Shown here one piece after another: positions 12,386-40,022 of a DNA stretch of 64,000 nucleotides (the first letter of the stretch is position 1; each line of letters begins with the position of its first letter). Origin of the DNA: Phoronis australis (Eukaryota > Animalia > Phoronida); assembly GCA_002633005.1 (NCBI GenBank), contig NMRA01000217.1:552417-616416 (forward strand), read 5' to 3'. The translations under genes and the position numbers were made by a program. The notes beneath the pieces were generated by a model, which had not been told where the DNA came from, made no database searches, and was given only the letters and a program-made list of their open reading frames with translations.

Positions 12386-14109
12386 AGGAGAATGCCACTC
12401 AAAATAGAGCCTATTTTGTATCAATTTAGATAGAGTAGTTCCACTCGACAACAGCAAGCTCATTTGTTTTACCTGACACCTAACGGTAGACGGAGGTGTT
12501 GAAATTATAACCAATGACGTAATCGGTTTAAATGCACGGAGTTTTTTCAGCCGTTCACAACACACTTACTGGTGTCAAATTATCGCTTAATTGCATCGTT
12601 TTTCACCAATAAATCATCAAATTTCGATGTAAAACCCTTACAAATACATCGAGTTTTTGAACAAACGTGTTGTTTTATTTCACTGTTGCGGATTTATAGG
12701 TATTTGAACGTACGGTAGCGTGCAGAGTTCTGTCAAGGAGTGGAGACTCCTAGGTTCGGTAAGCCAATATATCATGGTCGATCGCGGGAGTTTGGGTCTG
12801 TTTGGTGATAAATTCGAACCATTCTTCTGTGCAATACAGACATGAAAGATAGCTGTGTATTGTACTTTTAGACTTGCGAATTTGTCAGTTTTAAACAAAC
12901 AAAACGTTTGTTATCTCAGCCATGCAGTGCCTTGGAACCCGATCAGGCCCGTCGCGGCCGCCGGGACTGGACATGACGAACACAAACCAGCTTAAGTTGG
13001 AAACTAAATCTCCAGTCACGAAAAGACTATACTAGTGAGCCAAAGAAATAATCTGCACGTAAATATTTTGGTGAATTAGCCACGAAACTGTAAGTCTACT
13101 TATTTGTCGGAGGCCACGAAGTCCGGCAAGTTGCCCTTTTACAGAACCGTCAGGGCAAAATTTGTACAGGAACAATGATGTGAATAATGCATTTACCTGT
13201 ATCTAATTAAAAATTCCCCTAACATGTGAACATAGCATATAAAATAGAATTATTGTTTCACAACAGCTTTCTGTCAGCAATTTAAACTTGTAGAATTAGC
13301 AGGCGCTCACACGGCCTCGGCCGGTTCACGGTCAATTACCTTTATTGCATCTGAAGCCGGTAACGCAGTGGTTTATTCATTGCTGGCTTCTCAAAACATT
13401 TGCACTCACGGATACTCCAAAGGCATTATAATTGTATCTAATGAGACAGACCTTGTTTCAGATTTATATAAGCATTGGCCAGGGTGAGAATAATTCATTT
13501 TGAAACAGAACGCGGAATAATAAACGTTAACACGGCAACTCGTACATATCCCGACTAATTAGACGGTCGATGGCTCATCCGACGAAGACTTCGCAGGTGG
13601 ATCGTTAAGTTTTACAGGCTATCAGTTCGAACCAGAGTACAGTGATCAAGAAATACTAGAGAGCTGGCGCTGTGAACATGCACACACAACGGAACGAATG
13701 GAAAGTTCTTTGGTAAGCCGGCATTCGTCGCGGACTCACTTTCGACGACTGCTGGCCATAGACACGGAGATGTTTCACGGCCTTATACTTACTATTAACA
13801 GAGTATTTTTCAGATTTTCACTACCGCGAGCCACTTCCTAAGCATTTCGAACTCTCGAGGAAATCGAAAAAATGATATACCAGCTTCCCTCGCAGCTTCA
13901 TAGTTCGGAGAAGCGGGAACGATACACCGCAACATAGCGGCATTCACTCTGCAAATGAACCACTGACGTCGCTGCGTCGTTTCTCACCTTCGAAGTAAAC
14001 GCGACACCTCTCGGCAAGGTAAGGTCGACCGTACATGTATGCGAGGCCATGTGGATATAGACCGACTAAGACGGTAAAAAAGACTAATTAAGTCGGGTGG
14101 CATTTTCCT
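12386..14109 (+). mobile_element. Non-autonomous Kolobok-type element, complete diverged copy
   Basis: TTAA|AGGAGAATGCCACTC ... GGGTGGCATTTTCCT|TTAA; colinear with the reverse complement of 48796-50448. Confidence 0.85.
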
Positions 14110-15037
14110 TTAAGACCTATTGACGAAATTCAAGATCCCTACAAAGCGGGCCGAGTCTCTACTGACGGAGAACCGGGCTTCAATAGTTGCTGAGTAAACA
14201 AGAAATGCCTTATTAAATATATCTCAAACCTTATTCACAAAAATTAGCTGTTTTTACAATATTTCACAAATGTGACAAAATGCCTGATCTTCATTCTCGG
14301 GGAACCTCGAATACCGGCGAAATATTTACCGTGTAGCGAGAAAAGAAATAGCANACAGTTCAGTGAATTTCAGTCATGTCCCAACCAATTTTGAGAATCT
14401 CCATTCCAACAGAAAGAACTGCAATGTCAATCACATTTATTTATTTTTAAGAACACATTACACATTATTTCTTTCTTCCAGTCAACACTGATTTTCTAAA
14501 CAAGCTGTGCAAATGAAACAGCATTGGAATCTCAGCATTCACGTTGATGCCAATAAAGCATTTGCAAGGTACACTGTAAGGCAATGCAATACCCAAATGC
14601 ACTATGGACAGGTGCTTAATTAGGATTGCCATTACTGTAATTAAAAATTGGAAAACTTCTGAAGCATGCAGTCCCAGTGATAGTTACTAAACCGAGCATA
14701 AATGAATAATGAAGTTTCCCGCAACACAGTAGCAAATACAACACATTTTGAAAACAGGAATGCATCTGTGTCATTGCCATCAACAAGACTGCATTGAATT
14801 ACTAATTATTCCATCCATCAATCACTACTGTTCAACAATCATGATGCCTGTGAAATCAATCAGTGCAAATTACAAGACGAATGCGACAGTTGGAAATTGC
14901 AAAAGTGCGTCACTGCTTCATACGAGTGTAGTTAATAAAACACAATTCAAAATCCCTTTTAGCCATGTATTGGACAGGAAATACTCAAGCAATGCCTTTT
15001 TGTATTCGCTGTTGAGTTCCATCAATCATGCCTAGTA

Positions 15038-16433
15038 AAGAATACAAGTGAGCGAAACAGGCTTGCAGTAGTTTTCACACTCTTTGACAAACCTCAACCA
15101 GACTGGGATGAACATATTGCCAGAATTATTTGCCAGTTTTGTAAAAACAGCGTTTCGTGGAACCTCTCGTCGGAGTTAAATGTTACGTCACTGCACCCCC
15201 ATGGTAATTTATGTAATGGATATTCTAAGTTAGGCATTGCGATTTCCACCAGTGTAGAGCAATACCTGTAAAGATTTTTCGACATTTAGCCAGAATTGAA
15301 ACGGATTCTTGTTAAAAATAATTGTATACTTAATTGTAGCTTTGTGTGTCTCCAAACTGTGCCAAATCTCAAAGATGTCCGTTAATTGTAAAAACTGCGG
15401 GACGTACTCTACAATTGACGTGGAACCTAACTAAGGCGCAAAACGAAAACATCACACGAAATACACGACCGGACAAATTTTCGCAAGGGGATGCAAACAC
15501 AGAAATTCGAAACCCTGCATCCCCACATTTTAGGCTGGGCGCACGCATCTTCCGGAATTCTAGTTATTCCTGTGCCCTGGCCCCCCCTAACTCAAAATCC
15601 TGGATCCGCCCCTGCTAGCAGGGGTGTGCCAGAATATTACACCTGAATGCTTCCACCGCACTGCCAGTAGGTTTTGATACCATTAATATGAGCAACAATG
15701 TTTTGTGCAGTTTTGTCAAGAAAGCATTATATTAGTTGCGAANAAGAATACAAGTGAGCGAAACAGGCTTGCAGTAGTTTTCACACTCTTTGACAAACCT
15801 CAACCAGACTGGGATGAACATATTGCCAGAATTATTTGCCAGTTTTGTAAAAACAGCGTTTCGTGGAACCTCTCGTCGGAGTTAAATGTTACGTCACTGC
15901 ACCCCCATGGTAATTTATGTAATGGATATTCTAAGTTAGGCATTGCGATTTCCACCAGTGTAGAGCAATACCTGTAAAGATTTTTCGACATTTAGCCAGA
16001 AATGAAACGGATTCTTGTTAAAAATAATTGTATACTTAATTGTAGCTTTGTGTGTCTCCAAACTGTGCCAAATCTCAAAGATGTCCGTTAATTCTAAAAA
16101 CTGCGGGACGTACTCTACAATTGACGTGGAACCTAACTAAGGCGCAAAACGAAAACATCACACGAAATACACGACCGGACAAATTTTCGCAAGGGGATGC
16201 AAACACAGAAATTCGAAACCCTGCATCCCCACATTTTAGGCTGGGAATTCTAGTTATTCCTGTGCCCTGGCCCCCCCCTAACTCAAAATCCTGGATCCGC
16301 CCATGCTAGCAGGGGTGTGCCAGAATATTACACCTGAATGCTTCCACCGCACTGCCAGTAGGTTTTGATACCATTAATATGAGCAACGATGTTTTGTGCA
16401 GTTTTGTCAAGAAAGCATTATATTAGTTGCGAA
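15038..16433 (+). repeat. About 700-bp near-identical tandem duplication joined by a single n (15038-15742 / 15744-16433)
   Basis: Copies differ by a few SNPs and a 15-bp indel; junction is n at 15743. Confidence 0.95.
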
Positions 16434-16844
16434 TTTTTTTTTTTCAAACGAACACATCCATGCAGTTGTATCTCAATAGTAAGAATTTTATTTATACACT
16501 TATTTCGTATTCAGCAAACATAGTGGCTTAATACCGACCTTCATACTGCGCTAATACTCTTAATTACCAACAAAAACACCAATATCTCATTATATGATAG
16601 TAATTTGAGTGAAACCCTGATTCCAAAATGTATTGTCAAGCCAAACTTACCAAAATATTTGTTAAAACTTATTAAGATACATACATATTTCAGAACAATC
16701 CATCATTCAAGTTTTTCAAAATATGCAATACTTACTGAAAACATACCCACAAGTGTACCTTTGGAAACATTTACAAAAATATGCCAGTGAGCTTCCTTTG
16801 AGTGGGTCTATTTTCATAATTTCTCAGGTAATCCTACAAGGATG

Positions 16845-16965
16845 CAGTGTGACCTCGTGGGATAAGTGTTTACATCCTTTTCTGAAGGTCGTGGGTTCAA
16901 GTCTCACCGGGGCAATCTGCTAGATCCTTGAGTCACGTCTCTAGCTCCTCAGTTCAATTCAACTA
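16845..16965 (+). mobile_element. Degenerate tRNA-derived SINE head
   Basis: B-box ggtcgtgggttcaagtc followed by tccttgag core-like motif; no cloverleaf. Confidence 0.35.
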
Positions 16966-17502
16966 ATTTTTAAGCATAAAAATGGTTCTAGATGATCAGT
17001 GCAATGGGCTCATGTGAGAGGCATACACACGTCTGGAACAACGTGAAGTCGATGATCTTTAAACACTATGCAAATGCTCAAGAGCAGCAGATCTCAACAG
17101 GAGGATCAAAAATAGTGCATCAAACACACGTTTTTAAAAAATCTATGAGTAAAAGAAACAGGGCTACGTTCCGTAGATGTAACAACCTCATGAGTAAAGT
17201 GTGGTCCCATTCTTTACAGTTTTCGATGCAAGGCGAAATCTCGCTATGTCTTGCATTTTTCGCATGGTTTTTGTGTCTATGGAATGCTGGTCAGAACTAC
17301 GGCATAGGGTTTACACACAACCCATACTTAATACAAACTGAAAAGTAACTCGAAACCCTCTTATCACACACTCTATTGGAGACTGATGAAGTTACACAAA
17401 TAACTACTGTTCATTTTAAGTAAACAAAAAAACAGTTTGAAGTACGGACACACATGCTCCTTATTCGGGATCACAGTCTGAACAGTTTTGTCAACCTAGC
17501 GG

Positions 17503-20500
17503 TTACGTTTCCTTCCGAAACGTTTTCTGTAACACGTAAGCATCAGCCGGCTCAATCCTTTTGTAATAATTTTTCTTTTCTTCCTCAATCTCAAAACCAA
17601 ATCTTTCATAGAACTTGATAGCACTGTCATTGTTCACTTGGACGTGTCTACAATGGAGAACATAGTTCGTCACGGATTCATGAAGAAGACCGGCACCCCA
17701 TCTATTGGAAAAGTACGGACTAGCAATCACTGAATAGCAAAATTCTTTACTGCTCATTTGTAGTAGATTCTTTAAAAGTAGTAAAAAGGACATGTCAGAT
17801 ATAACTGACAAAATGACCTCCTAAACGGGGAATTACTACATAAGTAGTAATGTAACTATTGTGCAAAACGCCACTAAGTTGGGAGGAATGTAGTTAGAAA
17901 TTGGTGTCAAAGGCAATCAGCAAAAGTTTGGACTTGCAACAAAAATACATCTAATTGATAATTTATCCTTTAATTGTCAGAGGGACCATGATCCCAGGGT
18001 ATCAACAGTAAGAAAACATAGTTGTAATATGGAATCACTTGCAATTGAGGTACTTTAGAAATTTATGTTCGATGCAAAGAATTACAATTAAAAAATGGTG
18101 GCCAAGTGATAGTAAACGAACTTTCAATATTTAATGATAGATTATGAATTCTAAAATTAACTTTTAAAGGTATGTTCCCAAGGTTTAACATTCAAAGAAA
18201 CAACTTTGGAAACTGTATATCTGAAAGACTAGTGCCACAACTGACAAGAAATGCCATGTAAATAGAAGCCTGAGTCTTCGATGACATATGATTTTGGGTT
18301 CAAATATCGGTCCTATTCCCCTACAAAAATATATAAAAACCACTCCAAAATTCCCTTTCAAGGCTCCCAAATTCCCTTCCAATGATTGAAAAATTGACTT
18401 TTCTCATTCTCCGGATTGGGACATGAGCAATTTTGGCATACATAATATTTCGGACAAAGCATTTTGTATTAACAGAACTTAAAAAAAACTTGTTAGTTAA
18501 AATTCATACATGAATTGTGAAAGAACTTTGTGAAGGTTGACAATAACTTAAACACAATATTGATAGTGCACAACATTGAACTGTATGTGAATTGGAGCTC
18601 ACAACCAGAATGATTGGGTCATTGAACAATGTTAAAGTTGTTTGATCTTAGTTTAACCGCCCACCCCCAAATTTTTGGGTTTGCCAATGCAACTGCCCAG
18701 GGCATTAACCCGAATGTTTACGGTAATACATTGAACGTCTGAAGCACACCACATTTCATGTGCGTCAACTTACAAGAAAACATTGTCAAACTGGCCATCC
18801 TTCTCGCAAATCTTGAGCACATGTTCCAGCAGGGTAGTACCGATGCCGTATCGTCGGTAGCGAGCGAGGACACCTAGAGTCATAATATATAGACGGCGCT
18901 GGTTGTCTGAAGTGTCTACCTTGCAGCACACAGCACCAACTACGATGTCTTGGAAGTAGGCTGGAATAATTTGGTAAAAATATCAACACCCCTACCAGGA
19001 AATCGTTTTCCACGTTTTATCCAGGTAAAATAAATTGAATATTACTGAACATTTACTGCAAAAATGTTCAATATTTAAACATGCCTGTTGAATTTTAGAT
19101 GCACAAATTGATGAGACAAGTCATCATTTCATAGAAATGACACACTGTTGCAATAGTTGCAGGATGAAAGAGGTGCACATTGAATAACCACATGAATGGT
19201 AAATGATACCTCACTACAGGGATACTGCCAATGCAACTATAAAAGGTCACCCTGGTGGTAAAGGAAATTTCCAGAGAGGTTACCAGGCACTCCATCATTC
19301 CTTTGTGTGGAGTTCAATTACATTTTCTCCTCACCGTGGTGTTTTTATTCAGACATTAAGCAGGTTCCTGAACCGTAATTTGAGACGCCCGTTTCAGCAA
19401 TTTTCAAAATTGTGAACCCACGGGTCCTTTCAAACTGAATTTTGAATCATGCTTGTCATTCGAATCAGTGACATTGTATCCTGGAAGCAGCTTCTCAGTG
19501 CAATTGTGTTGGTGGAAATGGTGCTTACTGAAGTCACGGTGGCAATCATTATGTGTCACAAAGCCAAGGCCATGACCAAAATCAGTCTGTGTCACAAAGC
19601 TTAACACGGCTATGGTCCAGGGCTCGACATAACGAGCTGCAGGTCGCATTTGCGACCTGAAATTTGGAAATGCGAGCTGAGATTTTTGTCAGCTCGTATA
19701 AAGTCGCAAAATGCGACCTGGAATTTCCAACGAATGCGAGCTGAGTTTTTACACTTCTAAACAGATACCTGGCAAATACACAGCAGCTCTTGTTAATCCG
19801 ACCGTTATTTGGTTGTTGCCAAATACAAGTTCAAAAGANNNNNNNNNNNNNNNNNNNNNNNNNNNNNNNNNNNNNNNNNNNNNNNNNNNNNNNNNNNNNN
19901 NNNNNNNNNNNNNNNNNNNNNNNNNNNNNNNNNNNNNNNNNNNNNNNNNNNNNNNNNNNNNNNNNNNNNNNNNNNNNNNNNNNNNNNNNNNNNNNNNNNN
20001 AAAAAATCATTCCGGGTGGCTAAAAAGGGTACAATGTAGTTGGTAACGATATCCAGAAAGTCACCCCTACCAGATGGAGTTTGCCTCGCAAAATCGTATT
20101 ATTATAACGTTTTTTACCATTGCAGCGTTTTAATATCTTATTACCGCAAACACTTAGGTTAACGACTATACTCACGCACAAGCCTACTCCCTACCTTTAA
20201 AGTGTTTCATAATAAGCGCTCACTGATCTATTAAAAGTCCCCCCTTAAATTTTGAGAATTTCCAATTAAGCGCCCACAGTTCAAGCTAGCGCCCATCATT
20301 GCGCACTACAAACGACCGCGTGTGGTTTAAAATTGACACGCAGATTATATGGTGTGTGTCAGTTTCATTTTACACAACTTCAGTTTTCAAAAACGTCTTT
20401 TCACAAGATGTAAAAACCAAATCCCAGCTTTGTTTTGTACCTCGGAAAGAAAGTTAACGCTAGTGACGTGCGTGTCGTTTTGCGACTGACCTATTTTTCC

Positions 20501-23471
20501 CGTACTTGGAAGGTATTGAAGAGCAAACTCGCGATTACCCGAGTTAGTTTGAATCGTTAACGACTTTGATGACGGCCAGTAGCAGACCAGATCTTACAAA
20601 ATCCCGGATACTTTTTCAACGGGCATTTTCTCCCTTTTCACATTGCAAATTTAGCTACTCGAATGCACAAGTCAGTTAGAGAGCACTGATTCAACTTTCA
20701 CGCCAGCAACTTGCCTTGCGCTCTAGAGACTTTCAAAAGCGGGCGTGAAGAACAGTAAGGCCGTACCTGCATGAATGAAGTCAATTTTGAGATCCGAAAT
20801 TTGTGAGTATTTAACGCTGCAGGTAAGAGCATAATCTAAACATTTTCTCGATGATCTAAACAATCTATTATGGCGCGTAAAAATGGCGGGAAAATTTTGC
20901 GACCTGGCATTTACGAATGCGAGCTGGATTTTGAAAATGCGACCTGGGATTTTGGCTAGGTCGCAAAATGTGACCTGGCGATTTTAATAGCGTCGAGCCC
21001 TGTGGTCACAATCATTCTATGTCACACCAAGTTGACCTTTCATCCCAGTTTTGAGAACCTTATATATTACTCTGTTCCGAATTTTTCAAAACGTCTCAAT
21101 TATTGGTAAGATTTGAAAGTTCTAAGGCAAGACATTTCACACACCAGAATACATGTTTTAAAACTATCCTAGGTTATCAGACCACACATTGATGGACATG
21201 TAACTCACCTAGTTTTGCAAGTTCGCCAACTTCCAGAACATCTTTGTAAAACTTGTCATTATAAGACACGGGAAAGACTGATTGATTCAGACGTTTCAGT
21301 TGTTTGACATTGTGTGGGGTAATGTCCCCAAGCTCCGTTCGGCCTCTGCAATAAATCAGTAAGCAACTGGTGAAATTTTAAAGTAAGTTTCAAGCATTTT
21401 ATCCCATATGTGTTGAATCAATCGAACACAATATGGCCATGTAATAACGTTTTCCGTATTCACCCCCTGAACTACTTAAACAGCGACTTCCAACATGGAA
21501 AGTTCAAAAGGTAGGTCAATGTCGACTTGACGTCGTTAGCCGGTTCGATCACCAAACTTTCCAAAAATAATTTAAAGTAATACAAGTGCAGCAGTGTAAA
21601 TATCACCCAACTTGCCATCAGGTCTCAATCGGAACATCTGGAACAAAACTGTTAATTATATGACAGTTCTGTCTCAGTTTTCAATTGCTCAATATTATAT
21701 TGTCTGCAACTCAGTTGCAGATTCCTCCGTAACTACAATATAAAATGTTATTTAACTATTTTCAGTATATGTTACAAGTTCAATGCACAGTTACCATTGT
21801 TTTCATCTTTGTTACCTCCTTCCAAGTAATAAATTGTTATATATAAAACTGGTTCTTTTACTGTCTAGAGAAAACTTGCAACCTAACGCGCAAGTACATA
21901 CATATGGGATGTGATCCACCACGTGAACAGTCTGAGTGAAGTATTTAATAAACTTGCCAAAAAAATGAAAGAAACTTAGGAAGTCGCAGCGTATGCGATG
22001 AATACAAAATGTACCTCGATTGATGTAGATGAAGTAATATCCCATGAGACAGTCTCGGTCGATACGCGGAATAATGTCTCGTGAGATATCACTTCATCTA
22101 CGCCACTCTCGGTACGTTTTGTGTATTTATGCACAGCATCATGAGCAAAACTTAGATTTTAGGATGTCGCCTGAAGCACATCACTAATCCTGAAAGATGT
22201 CAAATTTACAACACCAAGCATGACGGAAAGGTTAAGCACTCTGACTCTTTCATGCAAGAAAGCATATTCCAAACACAGAAGACAGATGCAACCTTATCTA
22301 ACAACAGAGGACCTAGCATGAATGCTCGTAGGAGTTCAAAAGATTGTTTAGAAGTCAGTAACTGAAGAGAGGACCTGCAGGTGCGAGCCTTACTGCCACA
22401 ATGACAGGGTAACAAATCCCTAAGACCAAAAAGTGGTGGTCTTATTGAGATCCCAACAACACCAATTACCAAAGGACTTGGCGATTTTTCATTTTTGGCT
22501 AACGCAAAATTCTGATTAAACAAAAACAGTTCAATGCTGTAATTCCAAAGTTACAGAAGTCTGCCAAATCACCATTCACCAGTCATCTATGTTGTAAAAA
22601 ATAAAAATGATCAGTACTGCAAAAAGTTATCGGTGTCATGGTCACATTGACAATGTATCTTCATAGACAAGACATCAATGAAGAAGAAAAGCAAATTTGT
22701 CCAAAAAACAGGGCAACTTATTTGGAAAATCGGATACACCTCTGGCTCAGAAAGCCCCAACGAGATTCAGCCACAGATGAAATCCTTCACGAGGTGCATT
22801 AGAAAAAAGACTGACACAGTGCCATCTTACGATGCAATTTTGTCACAAATCAAGCCATTAAGTGTTTCACGAGAGACCTGTGGTTCTCAAACTTGGTATG
22901 GCATCACATACCCTAGCATATGCAGTGTACAAGTACCCAACTGCCGATCTGAGCAACTGAACGAAGGACTGCTCCAAAAGAAGTTTGATTACGAGAGTAT
23001 TTGTTCAAGTTGTAAGGAATTAAAGACATTGTTGTGACATGTGACTTCCAGATGTGACGCACAGACGGATAAAGCCACTCTAAGTCGCTTGCCAAGTAGC
23101 AATCACCTCTTAGCAGAACGGCCTCCCGTTCAGTAACGCTAGGACCTAGCTTAAAAGCAAGACTTTGCGCGATTACGCGAGATATTGCCGTGTATTTTAA
23201 ATAAGAGCACGTGACCTTGACTAGCTTTTGGCTAGGTCCTAGCCTAGGTCCTAGCGTCTACTGAACGCACGCCGGATTAGATGCTCGGCTCTCCCACCTA
23301 GCAGTCCTAACACTACCACAGCCGATTATTCAGTAGATGAAACTAGTTATCTAAGTCAGGGACGACTACATTAGAACACAGACCATCCCAGAACTACCCA
23401 CACTTAAATGTTTACGTCAATAGTAACTTAATGAACCAGAAAAACAAAATAATCAACAATTACTTGGTCAT
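17503..23471 (-). CDS. NAA50: N-alpha-acetyltransferase 50 (NatE catalytic subunit), 4 coding exons: 23464-23471, 21209-21345, 18774-18960, 17503-17647; 158 aa
   Basis: Spliced translation MTKGRTELGDITPHNVKQLKRLNQSVFPVSYNDKFYKDVLEVGELAKLAYFQDIVVGAVCCKVD...RLYIMTLGVLARYRRYGIG...HVQVNNDSAIKFYERFGFEI..KKNYYKRIEPADAYVLQK closely matches metazoan NAA50 (GNAT acetyl-CoA motif RRYGIG). All junctions GT-AG, phases consistent, total 477 nt. Confidence 0.97.
19618..21002 (+). mobile_element. Non-autonomous hAT-like TIR element with 5-bp TSD in NAA50 intron 2
   Basis: TIR CAGGGCTCGAC...GTCGAGCCCTG, subterminal TGCGA(C/G)CTG repeats at both ends, TGGTC duplicated on both flanks; contains N gap 19839-20000. 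Confidence 0.8.
23120..23273 (+). mobile_element. Same MITE, copy 3, in NAA50 intron 1
   Basis: GGCCTCCCGTTCAGTAACGCTAGGACCTAG ... CTAGGTCCTAGCGTCTACTGAACGCACGCC. Confidence 0.75.
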
Positions 23472-23696
23472 ATTTCTCGTGCTTGGAAACAGGAAACGGA
23501 AATGCGCGAAAATAATACAACAACGAATATAGTTTTTATACTCTTTGTTGTTATTCTAATTTTGCATCAATGGTAATATTCGAATATATTATCTCGAGAT
23601 CAGCATTTAGTACTTTTTGTTTTTGCGATATTTTAGTAAGTAGTTCGCTAGATAAATATTTCTTCAAGTCACCTGACCACCGCATCCGGCTTCACG
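23472..23696. promoter_or_regulatory. Putative bidirectional promoter and 5' UTRs shared by NAA50 and ATP6V1A
   Basis: 225 bp between two divergent ATGs; clustered GGAA (ETS-like) cores in ggaaacaggaaacggaaatgcgcg and palindrome atctcgagat. Function inferred from geometry. Confidence 0.75.
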
Positions 23697-39029
<15,333 letters not shown>

Positions 39030-39768
39030 TCATTGTGTTTAGATAGAGCAATTTAATTTTACAACGGATTATGCACTGTAGATCTGCGTTATGCATTCAA
39101 CTATCGAATTGTCAGCAAACGTTAACAGAGACAGTTGGGGATTCGTTAAATGCTTTTGATGATGTTGATCATTGCTACAGGAAGTGTAAGGTTTGGTGAC
39201 CTTAATGTTGTTGGCCCGTTGTTGTCTTGATTAATGTTCCAAATAGTATTACTTAACTGACCCTGGTGATTATAAATGCTCATTGGTCTTAGTATTTATT
39301 ATTGTGTGACCTGTTTCCTTATTGATACTTTGTTTATTATGGAACATTTGAATACCATTTAACATAAAATGCTGATGTACAGGAATATGTTGAATTGCTA
39401 AACAATTTATTCTGTCTTGTGTAATTTCAGTTGAGTTTTTCTCTTCATTCTGTTCATTACAATTTCTTCAAGATTATTTTCTTATGCTTATTTGTTGTTC
39501 CTCGGTTAATCCTTCAAAGTTTAGTGTGGAATGCTATCGCTTTATGATTGGTGCATGGAATTTTAATTAATGAATTGCACAAAATTTAGAAAACATTTAT
39601 GTTGTACATATCGATGTTTACTGGAGATATATACATGTATTTGACTGGATGTGGGTACTTGAAAATTAACCATGTGTTAAACATGACTTAAAAATTTAAA
39701 GAAGGACAGCTTTAAAAGAAGGTTACTGGAAATGTGTTGAGCGGCTATAAATGGATGTTTATATGGAA

Positions 39769-39774
39769 ATTAAA
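39769..39774 (+). terminator. Candidate ATP6V1A polyadenylation signal ATTAAA
   Basis: ATTAAA about 740 nt after the stop codon, followed by a GT/T-rich downstream element (tgttgtttt). Confidence 0.45.
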
Positions 39775-40022
39775 GTGCACTGAATGTCCAATACCTGTTG
39801 TTTTATTCTGAATCTTAACCGTCTGTAAACCATGTTGCATCATTCTGGAAAACTATTCAGTAAAGTGTGCAGAATTTGTCACTGCTTTTTTGCTCACTTG
39901 GTCCATTGACGTACATCACGGGTGCATCTGCTGCCCTATGCTACTTCGAGATCAAAGAAATGGAGTCCTTTAGGAACAGACTTGTTCCTCACGCTTTGCA
40001 ACGTGGTCTGGTAATTTCGGTA

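Noticed and set aside
19711-20046. ORFs with long X runs
   Set aside because: Artefacts of the N gap 19839-20000.
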